A DNA stretch of 64,000 nucleotides from an uncultured Gammaproteobacteria bacterium (lineage in GTDB: Bacteria > Patescibacteriota > Microgenomatia > Levybacterales > UBA12049), in assembly GCA_964507055.1 (NCBI GenBank), contig CAZDOJ010000001.1, positions 1,170,050 through 1,234,049 on the forward strand. The letters are read 5' to 3'. The notes beneath the pieces were generated by a model, which was not told where the DNA came from, did no database searches, and was given only the letters and a program-made list of their open reading frames with translations. A program made the position numbers and the translations under genes. This document shows, piece after piece, positions 29,396 through 37,539 of this stretch; within the stretch, counting starts at the first letter, position 1, and the number at the start of each line of letters is the position of its first letter.

Positions 29396-29420
29396 GAGGT
29401 GAAGCACCTCTTTCTTTTTA
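29396..29420 (+). terminator. Rho-independent terminator (6-bp GC-rich stem, 3-nt loop, T-tract)
   Basis: GAGGTGaagCACCTCtttctttttacc, ~100 nt after the VOC gene stop. Confidence 0.5.
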
Positions 29421-29426
29421 CCGATT

Positions 29427-29714
29427 ATGGTTAAGACATGCCTCAAAGGACATACTTTTGAAAAAACCAGTGATTGTCCCACATGTCCAATTTGTATCTC
29501 AAAAGAAATGACCGAGCAATATGGACAGGAATTTCCTAAGATCGGTAATCCTGCATTAAGTGCTCTCGATCATTCAGGTATACATCATTTTACAGACCTT
29601 ACAAAATACTCAGAGAAAGAATTGCTGGCTTTGCATGGGTTTGGTCCCAAAGCATTGGGTATATTGAGAAATTCTCTTAGCGAAAGAGGATTATCATTTA
29701 AGAAAAATGAATAG
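29427..29714 (+). CDS. Small Zn-ribbon + helix-hairpin-helix-like protein (hypothetical)
   Basis: CxxC...CPxC cluster (CLKGH...CPTCPIC), then ...KELLALHGFGPKALGILRNSL resembling an HhH / RNAP alpha-CTD-like motif. Confidence 0.45.
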   Translation: MVKTCLKGHTFEKTSDCPTCPICISKEMTEQYGQEFPKIGNPALSALDHSGIHHFTDLTKYSEKELLALHGFGPKALGILRNSLSERGLSFKKNE

Positions 29715-29876
29715 AGACTGGCACAAAGAACATCAAAAGCAGTGTTATTGCCGTCCCTTACCTGCTAATCTCCAACAAAAATAGCTTCAGAATAATATAG
29801 TAGGACTCTTCCTCAAAATTTACATTTATACGGTAATCTCGAACTATAATAAAGTATGTATCTTATTAAGGATTGA

Positions 29877-29886
29877 CTTAATTAAG
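29877..29886. promoter_or_regulatory. Perfect 10-bp palindrome CTTAATTAAG ~25 nt upstream of arsR (candidate ArsR operator)
   Basis: Read directly; self-complementary; overlaps the predicted arsR promoter region. Confidence 0.3.
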
Positions 29887-29910
29887 TAAAAGCTTTAAAA
29901 TAGATTTGTT

Positions 29911-30231
29911 ATGGATATGTATGCAGCCTTAGCTGAACCAACACGAAGAAACATTTTGGAGCTGTTAGCAAATAGTGGACAAATGACAGCAACTGAAATT
30001 AGTAATAAATTTGATGTGAGTGCACCTGCAATTTCTCAACATCTTAAAGTTCTCAAAGAAGCAAAACTTGTAGATATGGAGAAGCGTGCACAACAACGTA
30101 TTTACACCATAAATCCTGAGCCAATGCTTGAAATGGGAGGTTGGTTGGAGAAGCTCGCGAAAGTTTGGGAAGAACGATACAACAGACTAGAAACTTTATT
30201 AGCACGAGAAAAAAGGAAGGAGGTGAAATAG
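29911..30231 (+). CDS. ArsR/SmtB family transcriptional regulator
   Basis: ...LAEPTRRNILELLANSGQMTATEISNKFDVSAPAISQHLKVLKEAKLV... wHTH of ArsR family. Confidence 0.85.
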   Translation: MDMYAALAEPTRRNILELLANSGQMTATEISNKFDVSAPAISQHLKVLKEAKLVDMEKRAQQRIYTINPEPMLEMGGWLEKLAKVWEERYNRLETLLAREKRKEVK

Positions 30232-30232
30232 T

Positions 30233-30751
30233 ATGGCACAAAAAATTCAATTAGCTTTGTGGTTTGATAAGGAATGTGAAGAGGCTATAAACTTATACGT
30301 CGACACATTCAATAATCGTCCACATGCAACAGGTAAAACATCCAGAATTGTCAGTATCAAGAGATATCCTGAAGGCATGGATGAGGAGCACATGAAAGGT
30401 ATGGACGGAAAGGTCCTGACTGCGTTCTTTGAACTCGAGGGACAGACTTTTCAAGCTCTTGATGGTGGACCGTTATTTAAATTTAACGAATCACTTTCAC
30501 TTTCAGTAGATTGTGAAGATCAGGAGGAAGTTGATTACTTCTGGAATAAGCTTACAGCCGATGGTGGTGAAGAATCGCAATGTGGTTGGTTGAAAGATAA
30601 ATTCGGTCTTTCATGGCAGATTGTCCCAAGACGATTGGGCGAGTTGCTCGAAGATCCAGATCGAGAAAAGTCAGATCGAGCTTTGAAAGCAATGCTGCAG
30701 ATGCAGAAGATTGATGTTCAAAAGCTTGAAGATGCTTTTAACGGTAAATAG
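30233..30751 (+). CDS. VOC family protein (PhnB-like)
   Basis: ...LWFDKECEEAINLYVDTF...DGGP.FKFNES.S....C.......W..L.....ESQCGWLKDKFGLSWQIVP... Strong SD GGAGGTG 7 nt upstream. Confidence 0.7.
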   Translation: MAQKIQLALWFDKECEEAINLYVDTFNNRPHATGKTSRIVSIKRYPEGMDEEHMKGMDGKVLTAFFELEGQTFQALDGGPLFKFNESLSLSVDCEDQEEVDYFWNKLTADGGEESQCGWLKDKFGLSWQIVPRRLGELLEDPDREKSDRALKAMLQMQKIDVQKLEDAFNGK

Positions 30752-30796
30752 TCCTCATTGTAGGATTAAATATAAAAAGAAAGGAGGTGGAAATTT

Positions 30797-31285
30797 ATGT
30801 CAAGAAATAACTTACAAGTAGATAAAGAAAATAAAATAACAATAATGGAACGCGTATTCAGTGCTTCTCGAGACCTTATTTGGAAGGCACATACTGATCC
30901 TGAGCTGATGAGGCAATGGTGGGGGGCAAATGAATACGAAGTTATCATTGAAAAAATGGATATTCGAGAAGGCGGAGAGTGGAGAATGGTTCATAAAGGG
31001 AAAGATGAACAAGGTAATCCAGTTGAGTATGCTTTCTATGGTGAATATAAAGAAATTAAAGAACCAGAATCTATCACATGGACATTCAATTTCGAACCAA
31101 TGGGCCCTGGCCATGAAATAACTGAAACATTCTATCTCGAAGAAGTTGAAGATGGGAAAACAAAGATTCGAACAGTTTCTCATTACAAATCTGATGAAGA
31201 TCTCGAAGGAATGATTCAATCCGGTATGGAGGATGGAGCAGTTGAGACTTGGGATCGACTTGAAGAACTTACAGCAAAGATGTAA
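30797..31285 (+). CDS. SRPBCC family protein (AHSA1 / activator-of-Hsp90-ATPase-like domain)
   Basis: ...ITIMERVFSASRDLIWKAHTDPELMRQWWG...; typical of ArsR-linked SRPBCC proteins. Strong SD AAGGAGGTGG 6 nt upstream. Confidence 0.7.
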   Translation: MSRNNLQVDKENKITIMERVFSASRDLIWKAHTDPELMRQWWGANEYEVIIEKMDIREGGEWRMVHKGKDEQGNPVEYAFYGEYKEIKEPESITWTFNFEPMGPGHEITETFYLEEVEDGKTKIRTVSHYKSDEDLEGMIQSGMEDGAVETWDRLEELTAKM

Positions 31286-31345
31286 TATATCTGTCCCTCT
31301 TCCTCAATGGAGGAGGGACATCTTTGTTTGAGAAAGGAGGTATAT

Positions 31346-31621
31346 ATGTGTCGCAATATTAAAACACTTTTTAATTTTGATCCACCAGCAACAAAAGAAG
31401 AAATAGATGCAGCTTCATTACAGTTTGTTCGCAAGCTTTCAGGATTCAATCATCCTTCAAAAGTAAATGAGGAAGCATTTAATATTGCAGTTGATGAAGT
31501 TTCGGTTATTGCAAGTAAACTATTGAAAGCTCTTGTAACAAATGCAGAACCAAAAGATAGGGAAGTTGAAGCCGAAAAAGCTCATGAAAGAGCTGTTAAA
31601 CGATTTGGTTTGCAGGAATAA
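31346..31621 (+). CDS. DUF2277 family protein
   Basis: MCRNIKTLFNFDPPATKEEIDAASLQFVRKLSGF... matches the DUF2277 N-terminal signature. ATG 31346 is preceded by SD AAGGAGG; the listed ORF start 31307 is upstream of this SD. Confidence 0.7.
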   Translation: MCRNIKTLFNFDPPATKEEIDAASLQFVRKLSGFNHPSKVNEEAFNIAVDEVSVIASKLLKALVTNAEPKDREVEAEKAHERAVKRFGLQE

Positions 31622-32239
31622 TCACTTCTTTCTTTTGTGCCAGAAAAACCAGACAACAAAAATTGCGAGTAAGATGAATACGCCGTATTCAAATAACTTC
31701 GTATATCGTTGTACTTCCTGCCATTTCTCTCCCAATGTCCAACCGATACTAATTAATAATCCGTTCCATACAGCACTACCAATACCTGTATAAAGAATAA
31801 ACTTTCTTAGGGGCATTTTGGTAATTCCTGCGGGGATGGATACAACGCTGCGAAGCGTTGGGATAACGCGTCCAAATAAAACAAGCTTTGCACCATGTTT
31901 ATCAAACCATGATATTCCCTTTACAACATCATCTTTACCAATACCCAGCCATTTCCCATACTTCGTTGCAGCAGATAAAACTCGTTTCTCTCCTAATTTA
32001 CAGCTAAGATAGTAAAGGAAAAGTGCTCCAAGAATAGAACCAAGTGTTGCAGCTAAAAGAGTAGCAGGGAACCAAAGCTTGCCTTGGTTAACCAGAAACC
32101 CCGTCAGTGGAAGTATGACTTCAGAAGGAATAGGTGCAAATATGCTTTCAAGAGCAATTAAAAGTATGATTCCAATGTAACCAGTTGTTTCGATAAATGA
32201 TGTCACAAAACCAATTACATCGGTGAATATAAAGTTCAT
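31622..32239 (-). CDS. DedA family membrane protein
   Basis: ...YIGIILLIALESIFAPIPSEVILPLTGFLVNQGKL...; ...LVLFGRVIPTLRSVVSIPAGITKMPLRKF... ATG 6 nt after TATAAT on the minus strand. Confidence 0.85.
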   Translation of the reverse strand: MNFIFTDVIGFVTSFIETTGYIGIILLIALESIFAPIPSEVILPLTGFLVNQGKLWFPATLLAATLGSILGALFLYYLSCKLGEKRVLSAATKYGKWLGIGKDDVVKGISWFDKHGAKLVLFGRVIPTLRSVVSIPAGITKMPLRKFILYTGIGSAVWNGLLISIGWTLGEKWQEVQRYTKLFEYGVFILLAIFVVWFFWHKRKK

Positions 32240-32321
32240 TTTGTCATTATATAGTATCTAACCATGAGCTTTGTAGGAATGGTGTAATGTCATATTATTT
32301 GCTGTACACTATAGATAGTCT

Positions 32322-33782
32322 ATGGAAGTTGTACGTTCTGCGATTCTCTTTTTCGGTTGGCCTGTTCTCATTGCTGGAAGCATTTTTCTTTATGTGCAAA
32401 CGTACAGATTTTATAATGACGTGCAAAAAAATGTTTGGGGTAAACTAGTCCTCGCAATGGTTGCTGGATGGCTTTTGACTATGTACAGTCTTGGCATCGT
32501 TTCAACAGCGTTTATGATGGTTAACCTTCGTGAAGGTGTGATGTTTGTATTACCGATATTTGGATTATGGTTTGTGACGATGATCATGGTTGTCAGAACA
32601 GTTCTTATCTGGAATAAAGAAGCAGTCAATCTTAATAAGTTTAATTCTCAATTAAAAACGCTTGTCGAGGAACGAACGCAAGAGTTAGAGGATGAAAAGA
32701 ATATTTTGGAAGGGGAGCGGAAAAAACTACGATTGGTTATCGCAGGAATTAAAGATGGTGTGTTGGCAATTGATTTGAATAAAAATATTGTCATGGGTAA
32801 CGATGCTATTGCTCAGATGTCTGGATATTATATTGATGAACTTGTGGGTAAACCACTTTTTGAAGTCTTTAAGTTATTTGAAAAGAATGATCCAATAAAT
32901 CAGGAAGAGGTTCTCCCACCATTCAAAAAAGGCTATGAAGGCGTTCTGTCTCATAAAACCCAAGTTGCTCTTTTAGGTAACAATACAGAGCGTTTTGTCG
33001 AAATTACCGTGAGCCAAATACGCGAAGGTATGCTATTAAATGTTGGTTATATCATTCTATTCCACGACATTACTGAGCAGGTAAATCTGGATAAAATGAA
33101 ATTGGATTTCGTATCTATGGCCGCACATGAACTTCGTACACCTTTGACATCAATCAACTCATATTTGTCTGTATTAAATGATAAGAAGATCCCTTTGACA
33201 CCAGATGAACAAGCGACATACTTACAGCGAATCAGTGCTGCAAGTAATAATTTACGTGATCACGTAGAAAACCTCCTTAACATTACAAAGATTGAGCGGA
33301 AGACTATGCGATTAAGTCCTAAATCTCTTAATTGGGTTGAATCTGTCAAAGGTTTTATAACGCCTTTGTTGGATGCAGCAAAGCAAAAAGATATCACGGT
33401 CACTGTCCAAGAACCGCAAGCATTTATTCCCAATGTCTATGCTGACCCGTTACTTACGGAAGAAATTATTAGTAATTTGGTACAAAATGCAATCAACTTT
33501 TCTCCAGCTGGTGCAACCGTCGATATAACCTTCGAGGTAAAGGATGGCTATGTTGTAACGCATATTACTGACACTGGTGAAGGAATCCCTCTTGATGCAA
33601 TTCCACATCTTTTTACAAAGTTCTTTAGAGTTGAAGGAACACTTGAGCAGGGAAGTAAAGGAACAGGTTTGGGGTTGTATATTTCAAAGGCAATTACTGA
33701 AATGCACAAAGGACAAATATGGGTTGAGTCACAGGAAAAGAAAGGTTCAACATTTTCATTTACTTTACCAATATTTAAATAA
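32322..33782 (+). CDS. Sensor histidine kinase (2 TM + PAS-like + HisKA + HATPase_c)
   Basis: H-box MAAHELRTPLTSINSYLSVL; N/G boxes ...NLVQNAINFSP...; ...GTGLGLYISKAITEMHKGQIWVESQ... No response regulator adjacent. Confidence 0.9.
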   Translation: MEVVRSAILFFGWPVLIAGSIFLYVQTYRFYNDVQKNVWGKLVLAMVAGWLLTMYSLGIVSTAFMMVNLREGVMFVLPIFGLWFVTMIMVVRTVLIWNKEAVNLNKFNSQLKTLVEERTQELEDEKNILEGERKKLRLVIAGIKDGVLAIDLNKNIVMGNDAIAQMSGYYIDELVGKPLFEVFKLFEKNDPINQEEVLPPFKKGYEGVLSHKTQVALLGNNTERFVEITVSQIREGMLLNVGYIILFHDITEQVNLDKMKLDFVSMAAHELRTPLTSINSYLSVLNDKKIPLTPDEQATYLQRISAASNNLRDHVENLLNITKIERKTMRLSPKSLNWVESVKGFITPLLDAAKQKDITVTVQEPQAFIPNVYADPLLTEEIISNLVQNAINFSPAGATVDITFEVKDGYVVTHITDTGEGIPLDAIPHLFTKFFRVEGTLEQGSKGTGLGLYISKAITEMHKGQIWVESQEKKGSTFSFTLPIFK

Positions 33783-33824
33783 GGCGTTTGCTATAATATC
33801 TAAGTCAGCAACGAATCGTTGTTT

Positions 33825-35351
33825 ATGAAAAGCTCACCAGCATCATCGACGAAACTTGAGCAGTACTTTCAAAAGTACCGAGATAATATTGTTGGTGTTG
33901 ATCACTCCTTTCAAAGCCCCTACGGCGAACAAAAACTTCAATACTTCGATTGGACTGCGAGTGGTAGGTTGTATGCACCAATTGAGGACAAGATGAAAAA
34001 TACCTTCGGTCCATTTGTAGCGAATACACATACAGAAACAACAGAAACAGGAACTGCAATGACATTGGCTTACCACAATGCTCAAGAAGTTATTAAAAAC
34101 CATGTTAATGCTCATGCTGATGATATCCTCATTATGGCTGGGACTGGTATGACAGGGGCGATTAGCAAACTACAAAGAATTCTTGGGTTAAAGTATACAG
34201 ATCAATTAAAACGGCATGCTGCTTTAGTCCAGAATTATCCAATGCAAATTTTTCTAGCAGAGGAGGACATACCAGTAGTCTTTATTACACATATGGAACA
34301 TCATTCAAATCAAACATCTTGGGTTGAATCTGATGCAGAAGTTGTCATCGTTCCTACTGGAAAAGACGGTGAAATTGATCCTGTAAAGCTTAAGGAATTA
34401 TTAGAGAAATATAAAAATAGAAAGGTGAAGATAGGATCGTTTACGGCGTGTTCCAATGTTACCGGGATACTTACTCCATATCATGCATTAGCAAAGATAA
34501 TGCATGATTACGATGGACTTTGTTTTGTTGATTTTGCAGCATGTGCTCCATATATTGACATTGATATGCATCCTAAAAATAAGGTCGAAGAATTGGATGC
34601 TATTTTCTTTTCTCCCCACAAATTTCTCGGCGGACCAGGAACTTCAGGGGTTCTAATCTTTAATGCGAAATTGTATCCATCACAAATGCCTCCAGATCAT
34701 CCGGGTGGTGGTACTGTTGCATGGACAAATCCATGGGGGGAACAGCACTATCATGAAAATCCTGAGATTCGTGAAGATGGAGGGACACCAGGTTTTCTCC
34801 AAACAATTCGTACTGCATTAGCAATCCAATTAAAAGAACAAATGGGAGTAAAGAATATCTTGGATAGGGAAGATGAGATGATTCCAATGCTTTTAAAAGG
34901 ATTACGTAATATCGATAGTATTCATGTCTTAGACGATAAAGGGAGAAATCGGTTAGGTGTGATTTCATTTTATAGCGAATCGATTCATTATAATTTAATT
35001 GTAAAACTCTTAAATGATCGCTTTGGTATCCAGACAAGAGGCGGGTGTTCTTGTGCCGGGACATATGGACATTGTCTGTTTAATATTGGACCTGAACAAT
35101 CAAAAAAAATTACAGATACGATAGACAAAGGGGACCAGTCTACAAAGCCAGGATGGGTGAGAGTGTCGCTTCATCCTACTATCCAAACTTCAGAAGTAGA
35201 AGGTTTCATTGCTGCAGTAAAAGAAATACAACTTCATATAAAGGAATGGGGAAAAGATTATTCTTATGACAAGCAATCAAATGAATTCATTCATAAAAAT
35301 GAAAGTCAAAAAGAAAATAAGAAGCGAATTAAAAAGTGGTTTGAACTCTAA
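33825..35351 (+). CDS. Aminotransferase class V-fold PLP-dependent enzyme (cysteine desulfurase/selenocysteine-lyase-like)
   Basis: ...DWTASGRLYAPIEDKM...; PLP lysine region ...FFSPHKFLGGPGTSGVLIF...; the listed ORF start 33819 is TTG, ATG at 33825. Confidence 0.8.
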   Translation: MKSSPASSTKLEQYFQKYRDNIVGVDHSFQSPYGEQKLQYFDWTASGRLYAPIEDKMKNTFGPFVANTHTETTETGTAMTLAYHNAQEVIKNHVNAHADDILIMAGTGMTGAISKLQRILGLKYTDQLKRHAALVQNYPMQIFLAEEDIPVVFITHMEHHSNQTSWVESDAEVVIVPTGKDGEIDPVKLKELLEKYKNRKVKIGSFTACSNVTGILTPYHALAKIMHDYDGLCFVDFAACAPYIDIDMHPKNKVEELDAIFFSPHKFLGGPGTSGVLIFNAKLYPSQMPPDHPGGGTVAWTNPWGEQHYHENPEIREDGGTPGFLQTIRTALAIQLKEQMGVKNILDREDEMIPMLLKGLRNIDSIHVLDDKGRNRLGVISFYSESIHYNLIVKLLNDRFGIQTRGGCSCAGTYGHCLFNIGPEQSKKITDTIDKGDQSTKPGWVRVSLHPTIQTSEVEGFIAAVKEIQLHIKEWGKDYSYDKQSNEFIHKNESQKENKKRIKKWFEL

Positions 35352-35921
35352 TTATTTCTCAAACATAACAGGGATAACAAGTGGGCCAAGTTCTCCATCA
35401 TTAAACTCTGTATTGGTTCGTTCAATGACTAATTTGCCTGCAGAGGTTGTTGCTTCTGCTTTTGTGAATACGACGGCACCTGTAAATGGCACGAAACTGT
35501 CAGTCTTTGTGCTTTCAAGTGCTTTAAATGGCTTTAGAAAAAGAATTTTACCTTTATCATCTTCTAATCGCACCATTAACTGATCGGCATAGTACCATCC
35601 TCCCACCGCTTCTCCCGTGACTCGAAACGGACTTGTAACAAGTGTATTTGGTTTTGGTTCAGTCGTTTTTATAACGTCTTTAAGTAGTACACCATTGTAA
35701 ACTTCTACAAATACTTGTTTACCTTTCGTGTAACACTCCCGTGGTTTTGAATTGACTACAAGGTTGCCCGCTTCGGCACATTCTTCAAATGTTTTTATTT
35801 CTGTTGCAGCTTTCGGTTTGAGATTACCAAGTAGATTTGGAAAGAAAAAGAAGACGCCTACGGCAGCGAGGACGAGTGTGACGACAAGGGCAATAATTGC
35901 GTATTTCATGGCAGTATACAA
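35352..35921 (-). CDS. Gmad2 immunoglobulin-like domain protein, membrane-anchored
   Basis: N-terminal TM helix, then a beta-rich domain ...TSPFRVTGEAVGGWYYADQLMVRLEDDKGKIL... resembling Gmad2/GerMN-type Ig-like domains. Confidence 0.5.
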   Translation of the reverse strand: MYTAMKYAIIALVVTLVLAAVGVFFFFPNLLGNLKPKAATEIKTFEECAEAGNLVVNSKPRECYTKGKQVFVEVYNGVLLKDVIKTTEPKPNTLVTSPFRVTGEAVGGWYYADQLMVRLEDDKGKILFLKPFKALESTKTDSFVPFTGAVVFTKAEATTSAGKLVIERTNTEFNDGELGPLVIPVMFEK

Positions 35922-35965
35922 TTATTATAATACAGAATCCAAAAAATCAATATAGGTGAAGTGGT

Positions 35966-36775
35966 TTATACTCGTTCAGACACGATTCTATTCTCTTTAA
36001 CTCCTACGATATGTAATCCTAATGCTGGTAGTAGTAGTGTTCTTCCAGTCGTTCTTATCTTTTCTCGTGTGGTTTGAGCAGTAGGGACTTTTTTCCCAGG
36101 AAGTATTGTTGGATGATTCCTATTTCCAAACAATGTATAAACAGAATTATCTTCGATCATCTTTGGATAGTCATTGAGCTTTACTAGCAATTTGCCGTAT
36201 CGGATCCTTGCACGTTTTGTTTTCTTCGATTCCTTTTCATGAAACGTATTCCATACATCAAATTGTTTTTGTGTCAGATGCATAGAACCAGTGCATGTTG
36301 GTGTATGACATATACAAATATGTGAGCAGGGCTTACAGTATTTATCTGGACTGAGTTGATATGAAATTGTTAACTCTTCTCCTGGAAGTATTTTTCTTAG
36401 TGCAAAAAATAAAGTATGTCCTTTATAGGTATATATCCAACAATTTGGTTCGCAGGAATGATTGAGCATATGTGCTCCCGTTTGCTGTAAATCTTCTGGA
36501 TAGATTGCAGCATAGTCGTGATAATAAAGAAGATATAATCCATCTTTTTCACTTGTATCTTCTTCTGCAATTTTGATTACCTTACCTATATAATCGCTTA
36601 TCACAATTCCAGCGGAAATTTCTTTTCTTGCAAAAATTCCACGGCCTTTTTCCTCAGTTTGTTTTATTTCCCAAAATGAATTATCCAAAAGAATCATGAA
36701 GGCGATTGTATCGTATGTGTTGCAGTGCTGGCAAGAGAAACGTATACTACTATCTATGAAGAAGCGATTAACCAT
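35966..36775 (-). CDS. SET-domain protein (putative lysine methyltransferase) with post-SET Cys cluster
   Basis: ...KGRGIFARKEISAGIVISDYIG...; ...GAHMLNHSCEPNCWIY...; ...GEELTISY...; Cys cluster CKPCSHICICHTPTCTG. True start may be the internal Met at 36697. Confidence 0.75.
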   Translation of the reverse strand: MVNRFFIDSSIRFSCQHCNTYDTIAFMILLDNSFWEIKQTEEKGRGIFARKEISAGIVISDYIGKVIKIAEEDTSEKDGLYLLYYHDYAAIYPEDLQQTGAHMLNHSCEPNCWIYTYKGHTLFFALRKILPGEELTISYQLSPDKYCKPCSHICICHTPTCTGSMHLTQKQFDVWNTFHEKESKKTKRARIRYGKLLVKLNDYPKMIEDNSVYTLFGNRNHPTILPGKKVPTAQTTREKIRTTGRTLLLPALGLHIVGVKENRIVSERV

Positions 36776-36898
36776 TAAAGATAAAAAATTACGAGAAAAA
36801 GTTCGCGAGGGTAGGGAAGGATCAAAAAAGGATTTTATTGAGTTATTAAAGCGTGCTGTAAAGAGCTAGAAGGCATCTGAAATAATTAAGACGGTATA

Positions 36899-37375
36899 TT
36901 ATTCATCTTTTTGTTCATCATATTCAATCTTATAAAAGAACTTCCACATACTGATGCCTGTTTTCTTTTGTTCTTTTCCTTCTGTAGATAATAAATCTCC
37001 GTTATTCATTTCCATAAGCTCGTAAATACTTCGGTACATTCTCCACGCAGTTTTATAGGTAACTCCTAGTTCTCGTTGTAGCTGCTTAATAGTTATTTCG
37101 CCTCGGGTTTGTGTCATAAGAAAGCATGTATAAAACCATAAGCGAAGTGGAGTAGAGGATTTTTCAAAGATTGTCCCACTTAACGGGTATATATGGTTGC
37201 GACAATCCTTGCATGCGTAGGCGGTTCTATTTTTTATCTTGTAGTGTTTTGTAGTAGATTTACACAGTTCGCAATAGACGCCTTTCGGGTACTGTAGTTT
37301 TTTTATTTCCTCCAAACACATATCGTCATCTGGGAATCTTTGGAGGAAGTCGTGAAAAGAAAATTCTCCTTGCAT
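36899..37375 (-). mobile_element. IS1595-family transposase N-terminal fragment (Zn-ribbon + HTH only; DDE domain absent)
   Basis: MQGEFSFHDFLQRFPDDDMCLEEIKKLQYPKGVYCELCKSTTKHYKIKNRTAYACKDCRNHIYPLSGTIFEKSSTPLRLWFYTCFLMTQTRGEITIKQLQRELGVTYKTAWRMYRSI parallels the IS1595/ISXO2 transposase N-terminus. The ORF is 158 aa versus ~320 aa for intact enzymes. Confidence 0.65.
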
Positions 37376-37539
37376 AAAAACATATTAATGAACCTAATAG
37401 CGTGTTGTCAAGGGATAGGGGATAATATTGCCTATTGACGACTGGATGGGCAATTGTCTATGATGGATTTAATCTTAATAAACCATTAAACGAAATGAGT
37501 TTTTAAATTATAACTCCTTTCGCTATAGTGATATTAATT

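Noticed and set aside
36696-36869. 57-codon plus-strand ORF (MKAIVSYVLQCWQEKRILLSMKKRLTIKDKKLREKVREGREGSKKDFIELLKRAVKS) sharing a CATG with the internal Met of the SET gene
   Set aside because: Below the track threshold, no homology recognised, overlaps the SET N-terminal region antisense. It cannot be supported as a gene, though it makes the true SET start (36775 vs 36697) ambiguous.
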